64,000 bases of DNA from Saccostrea cucullata (lineage: Eukaryota). Positions 1 through 12,994 of the stretch are shown here, piece after piece. The translations under genes were made by a program, and so were the position numbers. The first letter of the stretch is position 1; every line of letters starts with the position of its first letter. The notes beneath the pieces were generated by a model that saw nothing but the letters and a program-made list of their open reading frames with translations, did not search any database and was not told the DNA's origin. The DNA lies in NCBI RefSeq assembly GCF_032062105.1, contig NW_026919375.1, positions 62,001 to 126,000 on the forward strand, given 5' to 3'.

Positions 1-899
1 TTAATATTATTGACAATACGTTCAAAGATTTAGTTCCACGAACCTTATTATATACATGGTCAAACATTGATGTGTTTATTCTAGACTATTTCTTCATTCT
101 CGAAAAATAACCCCCTACACTGATTTTTTTTTTTTTTTTGGGGGGGGGGACTTTAAAATGGACAAAAAACAAACGTTCTACCAGTTCACTTTAATGCCAC
201 AAAAATTATATTTGTAGACTTTTAATGTCTGTATTAGACAAAATTGTAATCCAGCCCATAAACTTTTTTCAGATACTTTGTTTTAAAAGATACTATGGTT
301 CCTTTTTTCATTTACATCATGTTTAGAGAACTTTTTTCCTTTTATCTATGCTGACAGGTACATTTTTCGAGTTTATGAAGTTTCTAGGGTTATAAAATTT
401 CTTTATATTTAATATTTGAATGCAGCTCTTATTTATCTCTTAGTGAAGAATAAAAACATTTCTTAAAATACTTTTTTTTTTATTTAGTAGTCTCATCTAC
501 AGCCAAAAAGGGCCAGGTTGATTTTTGTACAGCCTTTTTGAATTTCTAGATTTCTTACTTTAAGGATAAATTAATGGTGAGACGTCTTTCTCGGGTTTTA
601 AAACTTTTAAAACAACTAGGCCCACATGTACATTAGCTTTGCTGGTTACGCATGGTTTCTTTCAGAGAAGGCTTTTAGAGAATTTAGGTTGGTATGTATG
701 TTGGGCTTCCGTGTTTGTACGAGTTTCGCGTGTATTCTATTTTATGCATTTTTGCTTCAATTTTTTATCCTCAGACTACTATAACAAATTAGTTTATTAA
801 ATATAAAATTTTACTTTATATTGTAAGTAAAACTTCATTTAAATATAAAATTCTCGAAAATAATACTGACTTAATTTATTAACTGTGAAACATAGTTAC

Positions 900-1214
900 C
901 TGTCTAGCAACCGGGGCCACGGCGTAATCACACACCGGGCCAAAAAAAGCGTGCACGGTCCCGCTATAGCGAAATTTGATGGCCTCGTTCATGGCGATCC
1001 CAATGTGACACTTTGTGTCTGCGTAGCTGACGTTAAACTTGACGTCAGGAACTAAGGCCTTCTGGACCCGCTCAATCCCTATCTCTATCGCCGGAAGTAG
1101 TTTATCGTCAGAGAAAAGGCGGTAGCTGTCGTTTGGGAGCAAGACCGCCATCTGTACCTCGGTCTCAGACGACACAGAAGAAAACACAAACGTCAGAATA
1201 CACAATAGTAACAT
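900..1214 (-). CDS. NPR3-like: Natriuretic peptide receptor-like, module B, first coding exon with signal peptide; continues beyond the left edge of the window
   Basis: ATG at 1214 in Kozak-like gtcaccATG; leader MLLLCILTFVFSSVSS; AVLLPNDSYRLFS...LPAIEI...YADTKC...FFGPVCDYAVAPVARQ. Donor CAG|GTAACT after 900 (315 nt, phase 0). Confidence 0.9.
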
Positions 1215-2379
1215 GGTGACTTTTAACGACTCAGACACTTAATTGACTGTTTTTCACACTCTGGAATTCTGGGATAAAATCAAGAATCCTGATTCAATAA
1301 CGCATTCTGTCTCAACTGTGGAAGAATTTTATTTGAATGGATGTACTCCAAATTCCATCTTCAACACAGTGTTCACAACATTCAGAATCCACTGATTGTA
1401 ATGAAATTCAAGGTAAGTGTTTTCGCCCCTAATGACTGTCCGACCAACTTAAGTTTTGCAGACTGTGGAAACATTGCCACTCTATAAATATTTCTACTGG
1501 GCCCCCTCCGGAATCGATACTCCAGGAACTGGCGCGGTTTGACCATTTTCCGTATAAAGTTCCACTAGCCTTGGTTGTTACAGCAGACCCCTTAAACTCT
1601 TTATGGACAGGTGGAATAATATTGGTGCTTATTCAGGTAATGCAGTATGTCTGACAGCTGAAGGCACGCCGTCATCCTTTGCTTGTTTTCTCATACAGAT
1701 TGTTTGAAATTTAAGTACCATATGCTCGTAGCATTTGCTAATTTAATTCACACAATTAGCGAAAAGTATACGTGTACAATCGGTTTATTATTTTTATTCA
1801 TATCATAATTTAAATCTTGTGTTATCTTTAATGCGATATCAAAACGGCTGCTGCTTATTTTTTGTGAAAAAGAAGGAAGAAAAAGACACTTCAATCGTAT
1901 TCCAGCACTGAGTATCTTCACTGATAAATAAGAGGCATTTCAAACCACATTCCGCTGGTCGCCGTACATGTAACTACTTATCCTATTATGTTTAACAACT
2001 GTTACACTTCTGCGCTTTGTTGAATTAAACGAAGTCACATAAGGGGGTTTTGTCGACATTGAGCTCGTTAATACTGCAGTGATAGCGACGGATGAACCAG
2101 CAGTCGGGAGAATGTACATGTTTTTATTTATTAAATTTTTCTCATTTTCATGTTTTCCAAAATAAAATTTGAGACAAGGCCTCTGAGGCTCTGACCAATG
2201 ATGTAGGTTCGATTGAGAATAAAGATTTCTTTTAATTAAAAGGGAAAAAAGTAAAATTAATTTTTAATGGCAGATTGTGGATATCATTAGCCCCGTGATT
2301 TTATTTTTATTTATTTGATGAATAAACCTTTTTAAAGCTTGAGCTTAAGAGCATGTCAGCATATTGTATTACACATACT

Positions 2380-2912
2380 TAAATGTGCCTGTAATGATAT
2401 CTGATTTATTGGTATTTAAACGTGTCTGTCATGATCGATATTTTGTACATAAATCAAATGTGCCGCTTATATAATCTGGTTAATAAATACTTATATGTGG
2501 ATGCAATGTTGTCCGGTTTAAAGGTATGAAATTTGCCTGCAATGATGACTTATTTGTATTTAAGTGTGCATGTTATGATATATAGGTTACTTATATTAAA
2601 TTGTACCTGTGACGAGTCGACAGGATGCTCACTTCTCCATGGCACCTGATCCCACCTCTGATGTTTTGGAGGTTCGAGTTTGCTCTGCTCCTGATCTGTA
2701 TTGTTAGAATGGATATTTGATCCTGAACACTGTTCATTATCTCCATATTTTTTGTCAATGTATTAATATCTGGTTCATTGGAATCAAATGCACCTCCGAT
2801 AACATCTGGTTTACATGTATTTGAAATATTCTGGTTTATTGATATCTCAGTATATATGTTATGATATCTTATGTATGTTATGATATTTTGTTTACTGGTA
2901 TTTAAATAGGCC
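2380..2912. repeat. Old degenerate ~38-bp minisatellite interrupted by a dispersed repeat
   Basis: Recurrent AAATGTGCCTGTAATGATATCTGGTTTATTGGTATTT-like units on both sides of 2608-2752; one stray unit near 3252-3285. Confidence 0.65.
2608..2752 (+). mobile_element. Dispersed ~150-bp repeat (SINE-like or retroelement 3' tail), family S, copy 1
   Basis: TGTGAC..GTCGACAGGATGCTCACT..GGCACCTGATCCCACCTCTGATGTTTTGGAGG..TTTGCTCTGCTCC..TTATCTCCATATTT shared with copies near 8732, 15940, 23935 (-), 31299 (-) and 45245. Confidence 0.75.
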
Positions 2913-5900
2913 TCGCCAGAAATAAAGACATCGTGTTAAAAAAAATTAAATTGATAGTTTTTTAATATAATTAAGAAGATAATTGAGTTATGTTTATTCA
3001 TTATTTATATAACAAATCTGAAGCTTAATATATCTCGTAATCACATATTTAGAAATTTTACTGACCATAGAATTGAATGTAAATCTTACTTGCGTTTTTC
3101 ATTTCAGGATTAAAAAAAAATCAGGGTATTAAAATCGATATATTTATATATATATAAACACTCGGAAAAAAATACTATGAAAGGGCAAGGGGAGGAAGAA
3201 GCGTTTTTCGAAGATGGGTTTATTGATAAGTATATATTTTAATTTTATTAATTTTGTTTACTGGTATTTAAACAGGCATGTAATTGACACCTTTATGAAA
3301 TTTATATGTATGTAATGAACAATTTTTCTTAAAATGTAGGTGCACATTTGTGTAAAGCGTATAGACCGATGATAATCATATTGGATTTCTATCATATAAT
3401 AATTCAATAACTGGTATATCAGTCACAATTCATTGAAAAATTATATATAAATACCATTTTTATCCGCCATATCATTAATGATTATGCATTAGAAATGCTC
3501 ATTTTCTTTGAAGACGAGTATATATCTGATTTATGCATTATATTCAATATAAATTTTCCAAGTTATTATACAGAGATAAGTTAAAGCATTGCGTACACAT
3601 TAAAATCCAATATACTTCTAGATCTCCAGATATAACAGCTGAGCACCTGTTAGAGATACGGAAACTTAAAAGGGAAAATAATTCATCGCTATAGAAATAT
3701 GAGTATGATATTTATACAAAATAAATTATTTAATCTTTCCTATCCAGAGAAAAATGTAGCATTTTTAATATAGCCAACAGAAGGTATTAATCAATTTTAA
3801 TTAATTGACTCTCTCCCCGTGACCGTGTCTGAGAAGATCACAAACAAGACCAAGGTTTGACTCCGTTAATTCCCCGGGAATTCAGTAAATTGTATATAAT
3901 CTGAGGTAATGGACGTTGTTTTTTAAGTATTGGGTAAAATTATATACAGCTCTAAATCAATTAATGTAAACCTTAAATGCGGCAAATAGAAGCTTAAGTG
4001 CTAGTGTAATCGACTGAAAAGGCTCGTACGGTGAAAGGCTCTCCTCAATGTTATGTCAATATTAAGATATCTGCCATCAGGCCTTAATGTTTTCATACAT
4101 TGCGATACATGAGAGCACGAGAATTGACTCGGATAATTAAATGACTGAAAAACTATAAATCGATCCGACGATATTTTAAGATGAATTGGTTTGTAATACA
4201 AAAGTATAACTCTCGCTTCTAAAAGGTCATCAGAGCCCAGAAGTTATACGTTTTGAAACAAAGAGGACCGCGGAGTGTTCCATCATTCCCTTTATCTAGC
4301 AAGCAGGGACAGCAGATGTTTACATTGAACAGTTCTACCTTTTGGATATAACATTAATATAATATATAATTGCTGTACGAATTTGATTCATATTGTTGTC
4401 AAACCCATACAATGAACATTAATAAATATGCCACAGTATTTCATGAAGGACAAGAAGGCACATAGGCCATGATGCTTACCTGTCAGTCAAAACCATAGGA
4501 GTTCTCTTAATAAGAAAATGTGCAGAAATGAATCCCAAGTCGAGCCATGACCTTTACTATTAAATGTGTAGTAACGGGTGGCGACACTATATTCATATAT
4601 ATGATCATAGTTTAATATCGGAATGAATAGCCGTATAAGGAAAAATCGTCAAGTAAGAAAATGCATAAATATCTGCCCAAAAAGTATAGAATCGTCTGTT
4701 TAAATAATGACACCTGGGATTAAGAGCATCAGAGGGGCAATATCTTTCGTTCATAAAGAGAAGCCAAACATTTGTTGGGCAAATCTTTTTAAGAACGGCA
4801 TTGTGCCACGACAGTCAGAAGAATCTTTATAAGATAGATTCGAGTTTCTGATTCTCGGGTTTAGATGAGAACTCAATATCCGGACAAATGAACAAATAGA
4901 AACAATATTAGTATTACTAAGTACTGTAAATATTATTGTAAAGTCACTAATAATCAGTAGTCAAATTTTTATGGAACAATTCCTAATAATCTTTGTTGAC
5001 TAGAGTTAGTCAGTCCGTACTTTCAGAATTTTCTGTCAAACTAATAATTTTTTAATGTGAATACCTTGAATAAGTCTTAAACTAACTAAAACACCCATAA
5101 AAGACATATCTTTGCAGATTAATTTTCATACAACATGTCTCAGAGCACATACCTCTAAAAAAAACAACAGCCAAAATTAAACATAAAGAAGTGTGATATC
5201 ATATTTCGTTTCGTTAAGTATCAAATCACATCAAATTTATGTTAAAACTTATGGAGATCAAAAATATTCATTTGCCAAGAGAATATTTGAAATTTACTGC
5301 AAAACATTAACAAACTGATGTTGAATCTGTCCATGTCTTTCAGAAAAAAATCTCAAAATATCTTCATTTTTTATAATTCTAAAAATACAACCTGTTTAGA
5401 TGCCATTTTTTCTTTGAAACTTTTAAGAATTATATCTAATGTTAACAAAAATACATACTTTATTATGGTTGGCCAGAGAATTTTAACAAAACAGTCTTTT
5501 GAAGACGTATACCCCCAATTTTTGGAATATAAATTTTTTCAATTATTCATTGCAAAATTTTTAAAAAGAAATAATTAAATGGATTATATAGGCTTTAAAT
5601 CAATAAAAATAGATCTCAGGTTAGTTTGCTTAAAAGAAAATTAAAAAGATTTAGGTCCATAAAAGCAATTAAGAATCTTGTGTCTGTGTATGTACTAAAT
5701 GACATACAGATCTTATGGACAAAGTGCAAAGTGTTAATTCCATAAATAATGTATATTAAATGCTTTGTATGCACAATAACACTATAATAAATAAATATAT
5801 ACTTGCTTAATCATTTTCAATCACCCAAAAAGATTTAATATCAATAGACAAGTGAAAATCAGAATTTTGTATTGATGTGTAAAATTAGAACCGGATCCGT

Positions 5901-8731
5901 AAAAGTGTGGGCCTTCCTTAAGAGTCAGACCTCTTAGGGCCCTCACTCTACAACATCGGCACCTTCTGCGATACGGGGCCTTTGTTGTTATACGGTCTCA
6001 TCCGAAGGACCGGTCTCAAAGTCCGATAGTAGATTCCAAGTAACCCTTAACGAAAGGGATCAACATCTTCATCAAAATTTAAAGCTCTTAAGTAAACTCA
6101 TTTTAATGCTGGCGCACATAGTAGGTTCAGTTTGGTTTTTGTCATAAATCTTTCGGGCTTTGGTGAGGTAACAATATATAGTCAAATTATTTCAGGTAAA
6201 TAAAGGAGAGGGGGATGTCAGTTGAGCGTTGTGGCCAAGGGGTCTTTTGAGTCATGTCTGACCAGTGCCATGACTGATTTGAGTTCTTCCTTCCAAATAA
6301 AAGTAGCCCTGAATTGATTCCTCTTTATAAATTAAGATTATAACCAAGATAGTGCTAGGTATTTCTCTAAACGAAAATTCCTATTCAAATGAAATGATGA
6401 AGACTTTCATTATCCCGAAACGTAACAACTCCGAGAAGCCACCATTGATTCTTGACACGAACCAAATCTTCATCAATCACTGATTTTTGACACGTTATAT
6501 AACCCTCGCTAGTGTCTAAGCCTATCATTGGCAGAAGCAAACGATAGAGCCCGATGAAATCCATTCACTGCATCAACAACAAGCTAATTCCTCTATGAGG
6601 GAACTAGTGCAGTCTACAATTGCCTTCCAAAACACTACAGGTTACTAGGTATAATGGGATAGGTGTAATACCGGTTTACTCCAAGGAACCGTTCTCATTC
6701 TCATCAACAGTTGAAATATTTTTCAATATTTTTTGATGTTACATTAATAAAATTAATAGATAAAATTTATATAAGTACACATGCATTTAACTAGTTATTT
6801 TTTATCAACAAACGACGACGTAAAATACTTTTTATATAACCAGAAAAAGACTCGAATGCTCAAACTATGGCATGTTCATGTATAATAAAACGTTGTCAGC
6901 CAAATCATAATGTGATTGAGACCGCTGTCAGCTAATTCCGGATCTCCTGAGTAAGCCTGTCATGGTTTTTCTATTAATCTTTTTAAAATACTTCCGCTGA
7001 ATTTGAATAGCACTCGATGCAAATCCGGATAAAAATTATATTTAAAAGACTTCACAGTGTTTCCATGTTCAGTTACGTCTATTTGATGTTAATTAGAGTT
7101 GACGAGGAATCTTAGTAACAAAGGAAATAGTTTTATATGGAAACTGATAAGTTCAAAGTATGGCGATATTTGTCAGCGCGTGGCGGTTTATGGTATAGCA
7201 CTAATGTAAGAATCTCCTACAGAGAAGTAAAATCAGTAGATAACTAAATGCCGGAGGAGGTCTCGGAGGACCTATTCCGGGATCACCCTGATTCTATCTC
7301 CACTGGCCGCCTAGCATGGCTCGGCTTATTTAAATAGTACCCTATCTCGGAAAAAATATCTCGAGCTGGTCCCTAAAGAAATTCCAGTATTATCGTACAG
7401 ACAAATAGAATTCCATTAGCAAGATTTTCTTTTCTCCACAATTGGTAAATATCGTCTGTCACGATGAATGTGATTTTATCAAACAATCTAAATTATTTTA
7501 TTAGAGAAACTAAATATTGGGCTGCGTGATGCTAGGGACTTATGCGGCGGACTTTGTTCGATAACAATTCAAAGGATAGCTAGGGCTACAGCAGCGGCAG
7601 AGTAGGAGCGCAGCCTGGTGTAGAATAACGCACGGTATTTACACAGCACCGACACGAATACTGCTAATTACAGCAGCTCTCTCGATATAACAGGGGGACC
7701 GTTATTCTATGCTGTATTAGATAGTTTTGACTATAATTAGATTTCAAGAATTAATATAATAAATTATCTAAGAGAAAAAATAAATCCTTTTATCAATAAT
7801 TAGCAATATTTGCAAAACTAATGAAGCAAGAGTAATACACCATGCCATGCACGTCGTTTTACAGGAATGTTTTGATTTTTCATATGTAGCTTTTTCAGAT
7901 GAATGAGTAAAATTGTGTGTGTTTTTCGAAGGATTTTGCTACACTATAAATCATAATAGTGTTTATTATAATTAAGCCACTGAGTTGATTTTTTTTTTTT
8001 TAAATTCTGTTACAAAAGTACATTTTGAATGCTTTTTTCATAACCACTTTTAATTTCGTTAATTATTTCGTCAAGCTCTTATTCGTTCTAATACGTAATA
8101 TCCTGAGTACCTCGCAGTTATCTAAATTACTACCGCTCTTTTGCAGGGGGGTCGAGAAAGCTCTAACACTCGCAGGATTTCTGGGGCACATGACATTGTT
8201 TACAGTAGTGACAATCGAATGATTCAAACAATCTTATGCCGAAAGTACAATATATTGCCAAGGATTAGACTCCAAATAGTAGATTGTCAAATAAGGAAAG
8301 TTTAGAATATTTTATCAGCCTTAAATTGTGACGATTTTCAATGAAAATTTAATGAGAAGAGTCCGATTAATTAAAAATATCGTTTAAAATGTTACATTTT
8401 AGGATTAGCTCCTCTCAAAAATTGATTAGGCTGGTTTAGCGATTGTTTAGCAAGGTATTCAACCGGGATTTTTAACTTATCTCTCCTTATCAATTCGACA
8501 ATGATCGATCTTGCATTGTATTCAATAGCACATTTGCCCCCATTCAACAGATGTTTCCTACCTCCACTGCGAAAGAGTTCCGCTAAGTTAAGTAATGGCG
8601 ATATCAAGTATTCACGCCTTTCCGTGCTCAGTTGCTAATTTTAGGTTTCCTGTTTATTGTTGGGCCATAATTAAAAACCATTTATTTCCCTTTGCCTAAT
8701 ATTTCTCTCTGTTTGCCTTATCATGACAATG

Positions 8732-8847
8732 AGCACGCGGCAGGTATAACCGGTCGTCAGGGGTTGCTTACTCATCACAGGCACCTGATCTCACACCACT
8801 GATTCTTGAAAAAGTTCGTGTTTGCTCTGCTCCCAATTCGTATAATG
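8732..8847 (+). mobile_element. Family S repeat copy, 3'-truncated by the adjacent Helentron-like element
   Basis: GCACGCGGCAGGTATAACCGGTCGTCAGGGGTTGCTTACTC..GGCACCTGATCTCACACC..TTTGCTCTGCTCC. Confidence 0.7.
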
Positions 8848-9766
8848 TTGTTGTCCCCAGATTTCGCGAAAGTTCATTCGTCTGTCCGGCTGTCAGTCTG
8901 TAGTTCTGTTCGTACATCACAAAAACTTTAACCTTGGTCATATCTTTTGAACGAGAAGAAATTGGGGCTTTCATATTATACATGTATATTACCTGTGACA
9001 GACCTTTCTAAATACACTATGTTTTCCCCCTGTGACCTTCACCTTGAAGTTTGACTAACGTTTTAAAAAGAATTAACATTATGATTGGTCTTTCTTAATA
9101 CACTATGATTTTTTACCCTCGTCACCTGACCTTGAAGTTTGACCTACTATTAAATAACTTTAATCTTTCTCATGACTATTACGGCTTTTAAATTAAATCT
9201 GTGTATTACCTGTGACAAGATCTTTCTAAATACACTATAATTTTTACCCTGTGACCTTGACCTTGAAGTTTGTCCTACTTTTGAAAAATTAAAGACATAA
9301 ATTGGCCATAACTTTTGAATGAGAAGAGATAGGGCTTTCATATTAAACATGTGTATTATCTGTCATAAGACCTTTCTAAATAAACTATGATTTTTTGAGC
9401 TCGTGACTTGACTTTGAAGTATGACATACTTTTCAAAAAGTTTAACCTTGCTCATGGATTTTGAATGAGAAGCTAAAGGACTTTTATATTAAAACTGTGT
9501 ATTGCTTGTGATAAGACCTTTCTAAGTAAACTTTGATTTTGATTTTGTGACAGTGTCCTTGAAGTTTTACCCGATTTTCAAAAATGTTAATTTTTCCTTA
9601 TAAGTTTTGATTGAGAAGAGATAGGGCTTTCATATTTGACATGTGCATTTCCTGTGACAAGATATTTTTGAGAATGCTAAGATTTCTGACCCCGTGACCG
9701 TAGCTTTCACGATGGACCTAATTTTCAAAACTAGAGTGTTCCAAGGAACGCGTGTGTCGCTTGCTT
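8848..9766 (+). mobile_element. Helentron/DINE-like non-autonomous element (TGACCTTGA family) with ~150-bp internal tandem repeats
   Basis: 5' TTGTCCCC..TTCGCGAAA, GTCT/GTCC microsatellite, repeated TGTGACAAGACCTTTCT..TGACCTTGACCTTGAAGTTTGAC units; same family as 25182-26334 in the opposite orientation. Confidence 0.75.
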
Positions 9767-9866
9767 TTAGCTTCTTTCAAGATGTAACTAAATCTAAGAG
9801 TGGTTACCTATTTATATGCTACTAGCTTATACAGTATTTCAGGCAAATAAAATCTAGCATGATAGT

Positions 9867-11379
9867 TATTATTATTATTATTATTATACACAATTTATAA
9901 AGCGCTAAATATAATATAAAATTACTCTAAAGCGCTGTACATAAAATATAAGCATAGAAATATAAGCATAAAACATAAAAATTACAAGCACTATAGGACT
10001 AAAAATACATGTCAAAGCCGTAAGAATACACATAAATAAACTTTTAAAAGATTACAAATTAAAGCTATAAGAATATACATAAATAAACTTTTAAAAAGAT
10101 AAGAAATATTTATACATGTTAATTGCTGTAATGTCCCATGTTATAAGATAATTTAAATTTAAAAATTCAAAACAAATAAGAGTAGCTTCTTAGGAATAAT
10201 CTGGGTATGCAGTAGTAAATAAATAAGTTTTTAATAATTTTTTAAAACGAATAAAATTTCTTTCCAATCTCAAAGTTTGAGGAAGACTGTTCCACAATGT
10301 TGCACTAGTCACGTCGAATCGCCTGTCGCCATATGATTTAGTCCGCGCACGCGACTGAACAAGGAACATGGAGTTCTCTGAGCGTAGAGATCTTCTAGGC
10401 GTGTAAACCTGAACCAGTTCTTGTATATATAGTGGTGATGTTCCGTTTAAAGCTTTAAAAGTCTGTAGAAGCAGCTTGTACTGGATTCGATGTTCTACGG
10501 GAAGCCAATGTAAGTTGACTAACACAGGTGTTATATGATCATGTTTCTTTGTACGAGTAATTATTCTGGCGGCCGTATTTTGAATCTGTTGAAGTTTTGT
10601 TAAGGAACTGGTGCATATACCGTATAGTAAGGCATTGCCATAATCTAGACGGGAAATAACAAGTGAGCATACCAGGGTTTTACACGCGCTCTCTGATATT
10701 AAAGGTCGAATGCGTCCAATATTTCGCAGTTGATGGTAACATGACTTGGTAATGTTTCGGATTTGGTTATCCATGTTCAGCACAGAATCAAAGAAAACAC
10801 CTAAATTTTTCACACATGATGAGACTTTAATTTTATTCCCGTCAAAATTGATGCTAACTTCATTAAAATGATGAATTCTGTGTTTTGGGGCAAAGATAAT
10901 AAGCTCCGTTTTTTCTTGATTTATCTTTAGAAAGTTAGAGCGCATCCAAGAACTTATATCGGAAAGGCAAGTTTGCAAACGAGATGCTACGTCTATCCAG
11001 TTGCTAGTAGGTGCTATTGCCATATACAGCTGAGTATCATCTGCATAACACTGGAAACTCATGTTGTGTTTTCGGCATATATCACAAATTGGCTTAGCAA
11101 ACAGGCTGTAAAGCTTAGGTCCAAGGACCGATCCCTGGGGAACGCCAAATTGTAGATGAAAGTCTCTAGACTCGGATGAACCTATAGCAATACGTTGGTG
11201 CCGATCGCTTAGGTATGATCGTATCCATGACAAGGCCGCACCAGTTATACCAAACGAAAATTCTAGGCGATTGATAAGAATATTATGATCAATCACATCG
11301 AAGGCTGCAGATAAGTCCAGCATTAACAGAACAACACTTGAACCCTTGTCTAGCGCTGATGTTATATCATGGTGGACTC
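9867..11379 (-). mobile_element. 5'-truncated LINE of the L2/Crack (CR1 group) type
   Basis: RT ORF, then an AT-rich 3'UTR ending in AGCGCT...AGCGCT and a (TAA)n tail at ~9867-9886. The frame opens abruptly at ~11377 (VHHDITSALDKGSSVVLLMLD). No clear TSD. Confidence 0.9.
10190..11377 (-). CDS. LINE ORF2 fragment: reverse transcriptase and C-terminal region (no endonuclease)
   Basis: Motifs LDLSAAFDVIDH, GVPQGSVLGP, YADDTQLY, KNLGVFFD, SRLDYGNALL, HITPVLVNLHWLPV; ~395 codons without a stop. Confidence 0.9.
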   Translation of the reverse strand, partial: VHHDITSALDKGSSVVLLMLDLSAAFDVIDHNILINRLEFSFGITGAALSWIRSYLSDRHQRIAIGSSESRDFHLQFGVPQGSVLGPKLYSLFAKPICDICRKHNMSFQCYADDTQLYMAIAPTSNWIDVASRLQTCLSDISSWMRSNFLKINQEKTELIIFAPKHRIHHFNEVSINFDGNKIKVSSCVKNLGVFFDSVLNMDNQIRNITKSCYHQLRNIGRIRPLISESACKTLVCSLVISRLDYGNALLYGICTSSLTKLQQIQNTAARIITRTKKHDHITPVLVNLHWLPVEHRIQYKLLLQTFKALNGTSPLYIQELVQVYTPRRSLRSENSMFLVQSRARTKSYGDRRFDVTSATLWNSLPQTLRLERNFIRFKKLLKTYLFTTAYPDYS

Positions 11380-12389
11380 ATAAATGCACAAAAATATCAA
11401 CACATAATATAGGACTGCGATAGAGTCTGTCAATCCAAAAAAATCTATTCCCAACCCTCAAATGAATAATTAAATTGAAATCATTATAAATAATCATTTA
11501 TCAGTTGACATGTGTTAATACATGTACGTGTTTCAAAGTCTTTACGCCAACTGTCACTCTACATGATCCGTTGTGGCATCCCTATCCCAAAGTATTTTAA
11601 AATTCATAATATTTAAAGTAACACAATGAGTCAAACTCGTGTGCTTCTTTTAAGATATCTGTAGCATACAGAGACAGACTTATGAGTATATAGCTAAGAT
11701 ATGACAAATAAACTGCAAGAAAAGACTGCACAATATAATTGCCGGAAAAACAAAGGTTGTATCAAACGTTTCGCTGTTTTCGTGTATGTCAAGGTCACGC
11801 CTCTTTTATTTTAGCTCAAACTTGTAAACAACATTCAACTGGAGCATGCAAAGGTGAGAAATATGTTTTAACAACTTTTTAAAAAGATTACTTCAAAATT
11901 TTGGTCTACTTACATCCATTCTTGGGTACTTGAAACCATGGTACATGTAACTATGGCAAGTTATTCAACTTTTCGTTATTTGGCATACTAAAATTAGTTT
12001 TACTTTTATTTTTCTCCTTAAGGAGGCTGGAGGGTCAACAAATTAACCACCAGATTTAACTTATATTTTTTACGTTATTTGGCATGCTGAAATTATTTTA
12101 CTTTTATTTTTCTCCTTATAATTAGAATTTTTAGGTTCTGAAACCTGTAATTTTCTGAAACCTAATACTTTTAGGAATTGAACAAAATTTACACGGATCA
12201 TGCAAAAATTATACATTTGTCATTTTTCCCCTTCGTGCGTCACGGTGTCTCTTTAAATATCAGTTTGTGTGGTTACTGAAAATCATAAAGTTTCTAAGAA
12301 CAGTATAAACATGTATTAATGTTTATTATCAACACCGCCACTCAAAATTCAAAAGTCTATCGTTAATGAAATTGTCCGGGGTATTCTTT

Positions 12390-12750
12390 GTTAAGTAGGT
12401 CAAAGGTCAAGGTAAAGTGAATTGTAAAGTTGGATATTTTTAATATTTTCTGCATCGGTCAAGGGGAGAGTCACGAAGTCGGTAACCATGGCAATCTACA
12501 AATACCACTGTGCCAAGTTATAAATTTGCAAAATATCACGTCCACATCTCTTGCAGTTCTTGAGATACATGGTGTGACACAGACAGACCGACAGACAGAC
12601 AGACGCTGTTTAAAGTGATCTTTAAAGAAAGAAAATCAGCTTCAGTGACAATTTTTGAAAGGCATACGAAAGGGCGTTCATATTTGACACAATCTGCTAT
12701 AAAAAAAAAAAACAGCATCTCATCCACAAAGACCCCGAAAGGGGGGACTT
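12390..12750. mobile_element. Fragments of the TGACCTTGA-family element
   Basis: GGTCAAAGGTCAAGG and (CAGA)n at ~12579-12606; 12715-12747 is the reverse complement of the terminal region at 25208-25248. Confidence 0.5.
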
Positions 12751-12825
12751 TCTTCTTTGAATTTATATATTTTTGTTTGTTTCAATAGATTTTTGAGATC
12801 ATATTCAGTTTTTAAGTTGGGGAAC

Positions 12826-12994
12826 TTAAACTCGGTTATAACGAAGTCACTGGAACCTGTGAATTTATTTCGCTATATCTGTAATTCGTTATATCCGTAT
12901 AAAAAATTCGTAACATTTGTATAGTTGGGGAGAAATTTAAATAAATTTTGCTATTTCGAAATATCCGTGCTCGCACTAATCGAGTTTTACTGTA
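12826..12994. mobile_element. Degenerate pogo/Tigger-like MITE
   Basis: AAACTCGGTTATAACGAA at left, internal TTCGTTATATCCG repeats, right end ATCGAGTTTTACTG followed by TA. Confidence 0.55.

Noticed and set aside
1405-1420. Plus-strand consensus donor AAG|GTAAGT near the module B start, suggesting an antisense transcript
   Set aside because: A single short motif with no supporting exon or acceptor.
8060-8200. Minus-strand frame NVMCPRNPASVRAFSTPLQKSGSNLDNCEV, faintly like the missing next NPR exon (VIMCAS..VR..DNGEY)
   Set aside because: No AG acceptor or pyrimidine tract in front of it and no FFNIxLF motif; treated as chance, though a profile search could test it.
8392-8607. 71-aa ORF with protein-like composition
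   Set aside because: TTG start, no recognisable domain and no good splice signals.
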